Assembly: GCF_009914755.1 (NCBI RefSeq)
Contig: NC_060926.1
Length of the DNA stretch: 64,000 bases
DNA from: the human T2T-CHM13v2.0 reference genome, Homo sapiens
Reading direction: 5' to 3' (one strand)
Shown: positions 47,401 through 59,278 of the stretch, one piece after another
How positions within the stretch are numbered: position 1 is the first letter of the stretch
Layout: each line of letters opens with the position of its first letter
Notes under the pieces: generated by a model
Told to the model about the DNA's origin: nothing
The model's input: only the letters and a program-made list of their open reading frames with translations
The model's database searches: none
Made by a program: the position numbers and the translations under genes

Positions 47401-50400
47401 CTGGCGTGGCTGGCTTGGCTGCCTGGCTGGCTTGGCTGACATGCCTGGCTTTGCTTGCTGGCTGGCTTGGCTGGCTTGGCTGCCTGCCTGGCTTGGCTGC
47501 CTGGCTGGCTTGGCTAGCATGCCTGTCTTGGCTGGTTGGCGGGCTTGGCTGGCTTGGCTGGCTTGGCTGGCTTGGCTGTCTGGGCTGGCTGACTGGCTTG
47601 GCTGGCTTGGATGTTCGGGTGACTTGGCTGGCTTCAGTGGCTGAGAGGATTGCCTAGCTTGGCTGGCCGGCTGGCTTGGCAGGCTGGCTGGCTTGGCTGG
47701 CTTGGCTCGCTGGCTGGCTGGCTGGCTGGCTGGCGGGCCTGGCTGGCTAGGTGGCTTGGCTGGCTTGGCTGGCTGGGTGGCTTGGCTGGTTTTGCTGGCT
47801 GGGAGGCTTGGCTGGCTTGGCTGGCTGGCTGGCTGACTGACTTGGCTGGCTTGGCTGGCTTGGCTGGCTGGCTTGGATGGCCGGGTGGCTTGTCTGGCTT
47901 GGCTGGCCAGCTGGCTTAGCCGCCTGGATGGCTTGGCTGGCATGCCTGGCTTGGCTGGCTGGCTGGTTTTTCTGGCTTGGCTGCCTAGCTGGCTTGGCTG
48001 GCCTGCCTGGCTTTGCTTGCTGCCTGGCTTGGCTGGCTTGGCTGCCTGGCTGGCTTGGCTTGCATGCCTGTCTTGGCTGGCTGGCGGGCTTGACTGGCTT
48101 GGCTGGCTTGGCTGCCTGGCTGGCTTGGCTGGCTTGGCTAGCTGGCTGGCTGGCTGGCGGGCCTGGCTGGCTAGGTGGCTTGGCTGGCTTGGCTGGCTGG
48201 GTGGCTTGGCTGGCTTGGCTGGCTGGGAGGCTTGGCTGGCTTGGCTGGCTGGGAGGCTTGGCTGGCTGGGTGGCTGGCTGGCTTGGCTGGCTTGGCTGGC
48301 TTGGGTGGCTGGCTGCCTGGCTGGCTGATGGGCTTGGCTGGCTTGGCTGGCTGGGTGGCTTGGCTGGCTGGGTGGCTTGGCTGGTTTGGCTAGCTGGCTG
48401 GCTGGGTAGCTTGGCTAGCTGGCTGGCTTGGCTGGTTGGCTGGCTTGGCTGGCTTGGCTAGCCGGCTGGCTTAGTTGGCTGGATGGCTTGGCTGGCATGC
48501 CTGGCTTGGCTGGCTGGCTGGCTTGGCTGCCTAGCTGGCTTGGCTCACATGCCTGGCTTTGCTTGCTGGCTGGCTTGGCTGGCTTGGCTGCCTGGCTGGC
48601 TTGGCTGTCTGGCTGGCTTGGCTACCATGCCTGTCTTGGCTGGTTGGCGGGCTTGGCTGGCTTGGCTGGCTTGGCTGGCTTGGCTGTCTGGGCTGGCTGA
48701 CTGGCTTGGCTGGCTTGGATGGTCGGGTGACTTGGCTGGCTTGAGTGGCTCAGTGGATTGCCTAGCTTGGCTGGCCGGCTGGCTTGGCAGGCTGGCTGGC
48801 TTGGCTGGCTTGGCTCGCTGGCTGGCTGGCTGGCGGGCCTGGCTGGCTAAGTGGCTTGGCTGGCTTGGCTGGCTGGGTGGCTTGGCTGGTTTTGCAGGCT
48901 GTGAGGCTTGGCTGGCTTGGCTGGCTGGCTGGCTGACTGACTTGGCTGGCTTGGCTGGCTTGGCTGGCTGGCTTGGATGGCCCGGTGGCTTGTCTGGCTT
49001 GGCTGGCCAGCTGGCTTAGCCGGCTGGATGGCTTGGCTGGCATGCCTGGCTTGGCTGGCTGGCTGGTTTTTCTGGCTTGGCTGCCTAGCTGGCTTGGCTG
49101 GCCTGCCTGGCTTTGCTTGCTGCCTGGCTTGGCTGGCTTGGCTGCCTGGCTGGCTTGGCTGGCATGCCTGTCTTGGCTGGCTGGCGGGCTTGACTGGCTT
49201 GACTGGCTTGGCTGCCTGGCTGGCTTGGCTGGCTTGGCTAGCTGGCTGGCTGGCTGGCGGGCCTGGCTGGCTAGGTGGCTTGGCTGGCTTGGCTGGCTGG
49301 GTGGCTTGGCTGGCTTGGCTGGCTGGGAGGCTTGGCTGGCTTGGCTGGCTGGGAGGCTTGGCTGGCTGGGTGGCTGGCTGGCTTGGCTGGCTTGGCTGGC
49401 TTGGCTGGCTTGGGTGGCTGGCTGCCTGGCTGGCTGATTGGCTTGGCCGGCTTGGCTGGCTGGGTGGCTTGGCTGGCTGGGTGGCTTGGCTGGTTTGGCT
49501 AGCTTGCTGGCTGGGTAGCTTGGCTAGCTGGCTGGCTTGGCTGGTTGGCTGGCTTGGCTGGCTTGGCTAGCCGGCTGGCTTAGTTGGCTGGATGGCTTGG
49601 CTGGCATGCCTGGCTTGGCTGGCTGGCTGGCTTGGCTGGCTTGGCTGCCTGGCTGGCTTGGCTGACATGCCTGGCTTTGCTTGCTGGCTGGCTTGGCTGG
49701 CTTGGCTGCCTGGCTGGCTTGGCTGCCTGGCTGGCTTGGCTAGCATTCCTGTCTTGGCTGGTTGGCGGGCTTGGCTGGCTTGGCTGGCTTGGCTGGCTTG
49801 GCTGTCTGGGCTGGCTGACTGGCTTGGTTGGCTTGGATGGTCGGGTGACTTGGCTGGCTTGAGTGGCTGAGTGGATTGCCTAGCTTGGCTGGCCGGCTGG
49901 CTTGGCAGGCTGGCTGGCTTGGCTGGCTTGGCTGGCTGGCTGGCTGGTTGGCAGGCCTGGCTGGCTAGGTGGCTTGGCTGGCTTGGCTGGCTGGGTGGCT
50001 TGGATGGTTTTGCTGGCTGGGAGGCTTGGCTGGCTTGGCTGGCTGGCTGGTTGACTGACTTGGCTGGCTTGGCTGGCTTGGCTGGCTTGGCTGGCTGGCT
50101 TGGATGGCCGGGTGGCTTGTCTGGCTTGGCTGGCCAGCTGGCTTAGCCGGCTGGATGGCTTGGCTGGCATGCCTGGCTTGGCTGGCTGGCTGGTTTTGCT
50201 GGCTTGGCTGCCTAGCTGGCTTGGCTGGCCTGCCTGGCTTTGCTTGCTGCCTGGCTTGGCTGGCTTGGCTGCCTGGCTGGCTTGGCTGGCATGCCTGTCT
50301 TGGCTGGCTGGCGGGCTTGACTGGCTTGGCTGGCTTGGCTGCCTGGCTGGCTTGGCTGGCTTGGCTAGCTGGCTGGCTGGGTGGCGGGCCTGGCTGGCTA
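23454..50400. repeat. Higher-order repeat copy B (26,947 bp = 23,453 + 3,494)
   Basis: Offset to copy A is +23,453 up to ~38.9 kb and +26,947 afterwards (15709>42656, 18106>45053, 23153>50100). Confidence 0.95.
35160..42147. repeat. 3,494-bp tandem duplication unique to HOR copy B
   Basis: ORFs repeat at +3,494 (35448>38942, 36101>39595, 37263>40757, 38102>41596). The block is single in the equivalent part of copy A. Confidence 0.93.
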
Positions 50401-52656
50401 GGTGGCTTGGCTGGCTTGGCTGGCTTGGTGGCTTGGCTTGCTTGGCTGGCTGGGAGGCTTGGCTGGCTTGGCTGGCTGGGAGGCTTGGCTGGCTGGGTGG
50501 CTGGCTGGCTTGGCTGGCTTGGGTGGCTGGCTGCCTGGCTGGCTGATGGGCTTGGCTGGCTTGGCTGGCTGGGTGGCTTGGCTGGCTGGGTGGCTTGGCT
50601 GGTTTGGCTAGCTGGCTGGCTGGGTAGCTTGGCTAGCCGGCTGGCTTGGCTGGTTGGCTGGCTTGGCTGGCTTGGCTAGCCGGCTGGCTTAGTTGGCTGG
50701 ATGGCTTGGCTGGCATGCCTGGCTTGGCTGGCTGGCTGGCGTGGCTGGCTTGGCTGCCTGGCTGGCTTGGCTGACATGCCTGGCTTTGCTTGCTGGCTGG
50801 CTTGGCTGGCTTGGCTGCCTGCCTGGCTTGGCTGCCTGGCTGGCTTGGCTAGCATGCCTGTCTTGGCTGGTTGGCGGGTTTGGCTGGCTTGGCTGTCTGG
50901 GCTGGCTGACTGGCTTGGCTGGCTTGGATGTTCGGGTGACTTGGCTGGCTTGAGTGGCTGAGAGGATTGCCTAGCTTGGCTGGCCGGCTGGCTTGGCAGG
51001 CTGGCTGTCTTGGCTGGCTTGGCTCGCTGGCTGGCTGGCTGGCTGGCTGGCGGGCCTGGCTGGCTAGGTGGCTTGGCTGGCTTGGCTGGCTGGGTGGCTT
51101 GGCTGGTTTTGCTGGCTGGGAGGCTTGGCTGGCTTGGCTGGCTGGCTGGCTGACTGACTTGGCTGGCTTGGCTGGCTTGGCTGGCTGGCTTGGATGGCCG
51201 GGTGGCTTGTCTGGCTTGGCTGGCTAGCTGGCTTAGCCGGGGGGATGGCTTGGCTGGCATGCCTGGCTTGGCTGGCTGGCTGGTTTTTCTGGCTTGGCTG
51301 CCTAGCTGGCTTGGCTGGCCTGCCTGGCTTTGCTTGCTGCCTGGCTTGGCTGGCTTGGCTGCCTGGCTGGCTTGGCTGGCATGCCTGTCTTGGCTGGCTG
51401 GCGGGCTTGACTGGCTTGGCTGGCTTGGCTGCCTGGCTGGCTTGGCTGGCTTGGCTAGCTGGCTGGCTGGCTGGCGGGCCTGGCTGGCTAGGTGGCTTGG
51501 CTGGCTTGGCTGGCTGGGTGGCTTGGCTGGCTTGGCTGGGTGGGAGGCTTGGCTGGCTTGGCTGTCTGGGAGGCTTGGCTGGCTGGGTGGCTGGGTGGCT
51601 GGCTGGCTTGGCTGGCTTGGCTGGCTTGGGTGGCTGGCTGCCTGGCTGGCTGATGGGCTTGGCTGGCTTGGCTTGCTGGGTGGCTTGGCTGGCTGGGTGG
51701 CTTGGCTGGTTTGGCTAGCAGGCTGGCTGGGTAGCTTGGCTAGCTGGCTGGCTTGGCTGGTTGGCTGGCTTGGCTGGCTTGGCTAGCCGGCTGGCTTAGT
51801 TGGCTGGATGGCTTGGCTGGCATGCCTGGCTTGGCTGGCTGGCTGGCTTGGCTGCCTAGCTGGCTTGGCTGACATGCCTGGCTTTGCTTGCTGGCTGGCT
51901 TGGCTGGCTTGGCTGCCTGGCTGGCTTGGCTGCCTGGCTGGCTTGGCTAGCATGCCTGTCTTGGCTGGTTGGCGGGCTTGGCTGGCTTGGCTGGCTTGGC
52001 TGGCTTGGCTGTCTGGGCTGGCTGACTGGCTTGGCTGGCTTGGATGGTCGGGTGACTTGGCTGGCTTGAGTGGCTCAGTGGATTGCCTAGCTTGGCTGGC
52101 CGGCTGGCTTGGCAGGCTGGCTGGCTTGGGTGGCTTGGCTCGCTGGCTGGCTGGCTGGTGGGCCTGGCTGGCTAAGTGGCTTGGCTGGCTGGGCTGGCTG
52201 GGTGGCTTGGTTGGTTTTGCTGGCTGGGAGGCTTGGCTGTCTTGGCTGGCTGGCTGGCTGACTGACTTGGCTGGCTTGGCTGGCTTGGCTGGCTTGGCTG
52301 GCTGGCTTGGATGGCCGGGTGGCTTGTCTGGCTTGGCTGGCCAGCTGGCTTAGCCGGCTGGATGGCTTGGCTGGCATGCCTGGCTTGGCTGGCTGGCTGG
52401 TTTTGCTGGCTTGGCTGCCTAGCTGGCTTGGCTGGCCTGCCTGGCTTTGCTTGCTGCCTGGCTTGGCTGGCTTGGCTGCCTGGCTGGCTTGGCTGGCATG
52501 CCTGTCTTGGCTGGCTGGCGGGCTTGACTGGCTTGGCTGGCTTGGCTGCCTGGCTGGCTTGGCTGGCTTGGCTAGCTGGCTGGCTGGCTGGCGGGCCTGG
52601 CTGGCTAGGTGGCTTGGCTGGCTTGGCTGGCTGGGTGGCTTGGCTGGCTTGGCTGG
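50401..52656. repeat. Partial HOR copy C
   Basis: Line 50401 onward reproduces line 1 onward (offset 50,400) until a difference at 52657 (ggttgggagg vs ggctgtgagg at 2257). Confidence 0.93.
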
Positions 52657-54776
52657 TTGGGAGGCTTGGCTGGCTTGGCTGGCTGGCTGGCTGGCTGACT
52701 TTGATGGCTTGGCTGGCTTGGCTGGCTTGGGTGGCTGGCTGCCTGGCTGGCTGATTGGCTTGGCTGGCTTGGCTGGCTGGGTGGCTTGGCTGGTTTGGCT
52801 GGCTGGCTGGCTGGGTGGCTTGGCTAGCTGGCTGGTTTGGCTGGCTTCGTTGGCTGGCTCTCTTGTTTGGTTGGCTGGCTTGGTTGCCTTGTCTGGCTGG
52901 CTGACTTGGCTGTCTGGGCTGGCTGCGTTGCTGGCTGGCCTGACTGGCTGGGTGGCTGGCTGTCTTGGCTGGCTTGTCTGGCTTGGCTGGCTGGGTGGCA
53001 GGCTGGCCTGGCTGGCTGGATGGCTGGCTGGCCTGGCTGGCTGGGTGGCTGGCTGGCCTGGCTGGCTGGGTGGCTGGGTGACTTGGCTGTCTGGCTGGCT
53101 TGCTGGCTGTCTTGTCTGGCTGGGTGGCTTGGCTGGCTGTGTGGCTTGGCTGGCTTGGCTTGCTTGGCTGTCTGGGCTGGCTGGCTTGGCTGTCTGGGCT
53201 GGCTGGCTGGCTTGGCTGGCTTGGCTGTCCGCGTGACTTGGCTGGCTTGAGTGGGTGAGTGGATTGGCTAGCTTGGCTGGCTAGCTGGCTTGGCAGGCTG
53301 GATGTCTTGGCTGGCTTGGCTGGCAGACTGGTTTGGCTGGCTTGGCTGTCTTGGCTGGCCGGGTGGCTTGGCTGGGTTGGTGGCTTGGCTGGCTTGGCTG
53401 CCAGGCCGGCTTGGCTGGCTTGGCTGTCTGGCTGGCTTGGTTGGCTGGCTTGGCTAGCTGACTGTCTTGGCTGGTTGGCTGGCTTGGCTGGGTTGGCTGG
53501 CTGGCTTGGCTGGCTGGGTGGCTTGGCTGGCTTGGCTAGCCGGCCGGCTTCGCTGACTTGATGGCTTGGTTGGCATGCCTGGCTTGGCTGGCTGGCTGGC
53601 TGGCTTGGCTGGCTTGGCTGGCTTGGCTGCCTGGCTGGCTTGGCTGGCTTGGCTCACTGGCTGGGTGGCTGGCCTGGCTAGCTGGGTGGCTTGGCTGGCT
53701 TGGCTGGCTGGGCGGCTTGGGTGGGCGGCTTGGCTGGCTTGGCTGGCTGGGTGGCTTTGCTGGCTTGGCTGGCTGGGAGGCTTGGCTAGTTGGCTGGCTT
53801 GGCTGTCTGGGCTGGCTAGCTGGCTTGGCTGGCTTGGCTGGCTGGCTGGCTTGGCTGGCTTGGCTCGCTGGCTTGTCTGGTTTGGCTGCCTGGGCTGGCT
53901 GTCTGGCTGGGCTGTCTGGCTGGTTGGCTGGCTTGGCTGGCTTGGCTGGGTGGCCGGCTTGGCTGACTTGGCTGACTGGCTTGGCTGGGTTGGCCAGCTT
54001 CGCTGGCTGGCTTGGGTCTCTTGGCTGCCTGGGCTGGCTGTCTGGCTGGGCTGTCTGGCTGGTTGGCTGGCTTGGCTGGCTTGGCTGGGTGGCCGGCTTG
54101 GCTGGCTTGGCTCACTGGCTTGGCTGGTTTGGCCAGCTTTGCTGGCTGGCTTGGGTCTCTTGGCTGGCTTTGCTGGGTGGCTGGCTTGGCTGGGTGGCTG
54201 GCTGGCTTGGCTGGCTGGCTGGTTTGGCTGGCTGACTGGCTGGGCTGGCTGGGCTCACTGTCTGGCTTGGCCGGCTCGGCTGGCTGGCTGGCTGGCTGGC
54301 TGGGCTGGCTTTGCTGGCTGTCTGGCTTGGCTGGCTTGGCTGGCTAGCTGGCTGGCTTGGCCTGCTGGCTTGGCTGCCTTGTCTGGCTGGCTGGCTTGGC
54401 TTGCTTGGCTCCCTGGCTGGCTTGGATGTCTTGGCTGCCTTGGCTGGCTTGGCTGGCTGGCTGGCTTGGCTGGCTTGGCTGTTTGGGTTGGCTGGCTGGC
54501 TGGTGCTCCTGGGGTGGCTGGCTGGTTTGGCTGGCTGGCTTGCTTGGCTGGCTTGGCTGGCTGGCAGGCTTGGCTGGCTTGGCTGGCTGGCTGGCTTGGC
54601 TGGCTTGGCTGGCTGGCAGGCTTGGCTGGCTTGGCTGGCTGGCTGGCTTGGCTGGCTTGGCTGGCTGACTGGCTTGGCTGGTTTGGCTGGCTTGGCTGGC
54701 TGGCTAGCTGGCTCACTTGGCTGGCTTGGCGGGTGGGTGGCTTAGCTGGCTTGGCTGACTGGCTTGGCTGGCTTGG
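52657..54776. repeat. Diverged, non-HOR edge layer of the same satellite
   Basis: Same GGCT/GGCTT units but many private substitutions. Degenerate monomer landmark at ~53229-53300 (ccgcgtgacttggctggcttgagtgggtgagtggattggctagc). Confidence 0.9.
53882..54166. repeat. 139-bp x2 tandem duplication in the edge layer
   Basis: ttggctgcctgggctggctgtctggctgggctgtctgg... starts at 53882 and 54021; both copies end ...ggccagctt(c/t)gctggctggcttgggtctcttggctg. Confidence 0.85.
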
Positions 54777-55372
54777 ACATTAAATATAATAATATATTTG
54801 GTACATTAAATATAAATTGTATACGTTAAATATAAACATCTTTTATACATCAAACATAAACATTTTATACATTAAATGTAAACATATCTTATATGTTAAA
54901 TATAAACTTCTTTTATACATTAAATATAAGAATACATTTGGTATATTTAATGTATACAGTACATTAAATATAGACATTTTAGACATTAAATATAAGCATA
55001 TATTCAGCACATTAAATGTAAACATATTTTATACATTAAATATAAATACTGTGTATGTTAAATATAAATATGTATTTTCTATATTAAATGTAAATATGTA
55101 TCCTGTACATTAAATATAAACATATTTTCTATATTAAATATAAACATGTATTTTGCATAGTAAATATATCTATACATTTTCTATATTAAATATCAACATG
55201 TATTATGTATATTAAACAAAGACATATATTTCCCATATTAAATATAAACATATATTTTTATATGTTAAATATAAATATATATTTCCTGTATTAAATATAC
55301 ACATATATATTAAATATAAATATATTTTTCTATATGAAATGTAATCATATTTTAAACATTAAATATAAATAT
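54777..55372. repeat. AT-rich minisatellite, ~22-26-bp unit (approx. ACATTAAATATAAACATATTTTCTAT), about 25 diverged copies
   Basis: (A/G)TTAAAT(A/G)TAAA motif recurs every ~22-26 bp. Confidence 0.9.
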
Positions 55373-55411
55373 TCGTCTTAGATATGGCCCGTGTTGGAAT
55401 GTGTAGTAGAT

Positions 55412-55585
55412 TGAGTATATAATGTCTACTCAATATAAAATTTATATTTATATATGCAGTAATGATTCAAGTTGATTGTAGTTAAGAAAAACAAGCTCCA
55501 AATTCGAAAGAAATATGTAAGAAGAGAGACAGGAAGAAAAAATAATGAGGCAGGTAAATGCAACAGACAATTCGAGACCCACAAG
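55412..55585 (+). repeat. Diverged direct repeat of 63169-63297 + 63600-63662
   Basis: gtatataatgtctact...tatatttatatatgcagtaatgattcaagttgatt...ttaagaaaaacaa...ccaaattcga...agaaatatgtaagaagag...aaatgcaacagacaattcgagaccca matches the segment inside the L1 once the Alu there is removed. Confidence 0.85.
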
Positions 55586-55801
55586 TGCAGAGCAGGCTTC
55601 CCAGACCCAGGTAATGTCTCCTGGGCTGATAGGAAGCCCTCAACCCCCCAAGTCCTTCTCAGCCATAAACCACCTGAGCACAGAGCCACAGGGACCGTGT
55701 TGGGGCTGGGCCTCCCGACTTCAGTTCCTCTCATTCTGTGCAAAAGGAAAAACAACTCAGAATCTACAGAGGTTTAGATGTGTGCAGATGTGGACAGAGA
55801 A

Positions 55802-56164
55802 GTCCGGGCACAGTGGTTTACTGCCCAAGAAGACAGTGAGTCCCCGGAGGAATAGAAGAATATACATCATGCTAATATATGTCATCCCAGTACTTTGGGA
55901 GGCCGAGGCGGGTGGATCACTTGAGGTCAAGAGTTCGAGACCAGCCTGGCCAACATGGTGAAACCCCGTCTCTACTAAAAATACAGAAATTAGTTGGCCG
56001 CGGGGGTGGATGACTGTGATCCCAGATACTCGGGAGACAGAGGCGGGATGAACTGCTTGAACCTGGGAGGAGGAGGTTGCAGTGAGCTGAGATCATGCCA
56101 TTGCACTCCAGCCTGGGGAAAAGAGCAAGATCCAGTCTCAAAGAAAAAAGAAAAAAAGAAAGAA
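55802..56164 (+). mobile_element. Alu (S-type, diverged) with a ~54-bp insertion near its 5' end
   Basis: gtccgggcacagtggtttactgcc (Alu start-like), insert, then tgtcatcccagtactttgggaggccgagg...ctactaaaaatacagaaattag...ttgcactccagcctggg...A-rich tail. Confidence 0.93.
55827..55880 (-). repeat. Inverted copy of part of the downstream VNTR unit
   Basis: Reverse complement of 57751-57804; 49/54 ungapped identities by manual comparison. Confidence 0.9.
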
Positions 56165-56580
56165 GTTGTGAGTGCTAAGTTCTCTCTGGATTTTCAGGAG
56201 GCCAGTTCTCCAGTCCACAGTGGCCTGGGAGGACAGGGGTTCCTGAGGGTGAACAGAGCCTGTGCCCGGTCAGGTAGGATCATATGTCCCTGAAGTTCAG
56301 AACCCAGGAGCATGGGGATGGTCCTGGGGGTTCCTGCTGCACGGAGGGAAGACCCTCTTTCCACAGGGGCCCCGGAGAGCGAGAGGAAGGAGGAGGGCAG
56401 GTCAGTGAGTGTGATGGGGTCACATTGGAGAGGGAAGCAGAAAGAAGTGTTCCCACAGCAAGACACACACACTGTCCATGCTGAAGCTACAGAGAGGACC
56501 TCTCCACCTGTGTCTGCCGCAAAGCAGTGGGGCGTCTTCTGGCAGCCCAGAGTCACCTCCAGATCCCACCTGCACCATGC

Positions 56581-58239
<1,659 letters not shown>

Positions 58240-58240
<1 letters not shown>

Positions 58241-59050
58241 CTGTGTACTTATATTCTATATATTATAAAACATTGTATAAAATTATATATGTATAATAAA
58301 ATGTTACATAAAAATTTTAACATAATACCATTTTATTACATATATTTCTAAATTTAATATAATGAAATTTTATATATAATAATGTATAACATCTCTAAAT
58401 TTATTATAATACAATGATATATAATTATTTTCTCATATTATAATTATACATAAGGTAATTTATTATAAATAAGATTTTATATAATCTACATTTATTATAA
58501 TAACATTTTATTACATATAACACATTTCTAAATTTAATACAATAAAATACTATGTATAATAATTTATAACATTTCAAAATTTATTATATAATTTTATTAT
58601 ACAATTATTTTATACATAATTATACATAGTATATAATTGTACTTATAGAAATATAATTATGCATATACAATATGTAATTTTATTTTTACACGGTATATAT
58701 GTATAATTATGTATTAACAAATATAATATCAATTTTATATACTTATTTACATTAAGTTATATATTATATAAATGATGTTATATATTATATATGTTACATA
58801 TATTTTTGCTTAATATATTAAATTTAATCTATAAAATTATGTATTAGAAATAAAAGTATTTGCTTAATATATTAAATTTAATCTATAAAATTATATATTA
58901 GAAATAAAAGTATTTTACATATACACTACATATAACTTTATTTTTATAAAAATATAAAAGTCATATGGTTAAGTTACTAAAATAATTTATATCAATCTAT
59001 TCATATAAAATATACACAATGCGTATTTCTATAAATACAAAGTATATAAA
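58240..59050. repeat. Very AT-rich low-complexity DNA with internal ~175-bp and ~53-bp tandem duplications
   Basis: ttttattacatat...tttctaaatttaata at 58331 and 58506; tttgcttaatatattaaatttaatctataaaattat twice at ~58806 and ~58859. Confidence 0.85.
58638..59035 (+). repeat. AT-rich segment D (direct repeat, copy 1)
   Basis: tatagaaatataattatgca...attatgtattaacaaatataa...aaatgatgttatat...tttacatatacacta recurs at 60090-60436. Confidence 0.9.
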
Positions 59051-59278
59051 ACTTTTACCAGTAGGATGCAAAGAGTTGCTGACCGTCTGCAGAAATCCTG
59101 AACCTCTGGAAGCAGAATAAAATCTTACCTCCCAGTCTGCTTTGAAAGGAACAGTAAAGCAGTCCCGAACCCCAAACCCACCCTAAGGGGAGATGGGGGA
59201 GTTGGGATGGACGCGTTGACCAGTGAGGACTTTCCTTTGCTGGTTTTGAGGTGTCTTAGCCCAGAAGCTAAGATGGGA

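Larger units (their letters stand above)
1..54776. repeat. GC-rich (GGCT/GGCTT)n satellite array, 9-bp core GGCTGGCTT, ~1.1-kb monomers; extends beyond the window's left edge
   Basis: Continuous GGCT/GGCTT units. A landmark near GGATGGCCGGGTGGCTTGTC (ORF-track 'MDGRVA' starts) recurs at 790, 1907, 3007, 4059, 5169, 5593, 6755, 7845 ... 52307. No Alu or L1 seen inside. Ends abruptly at ...ggcttgg|acattaaatat. Confidence 0.98.

Noticed and set aside
1-54776. CRISPR-like or code-like arrangement of repeats and variable units
   Set aside because: No unique spacers and no cas genes. The variation is copied verbatim between HOR copies, as expected for satellite evolution.
1-54776. Alpha, beta, HSat2/3 or telomeric satellite identity
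   Set aside because: No 171-bp or 68-bp period, and no CATTC/GGAAT or TTAGGG units seen.
1-54776. CpG island
   Set aside because: GC-rich but CpG is sparse; the C+G content is mostly GpC and GG.
1-54783. Hundreds of W/L/A/G-rich (+) and P/S/Q/A-rich (-) ORFs up to 405 aa, resembling membrane or repeat proteins
   Set aside because: They are the translation of a 9-bp repeat on an A-poor strand, where stop codons are rare. ORFs overlap in all frames and 4-bp unit indels break frames freely; there is no domain or gene structure.
55410-55434. Hairpin ATTGAGTA-N9-TACTCAAT
   Set aside because: An 8-bp AT-rich stem is plausible by chance and is not kept in the related copy at ~63169.
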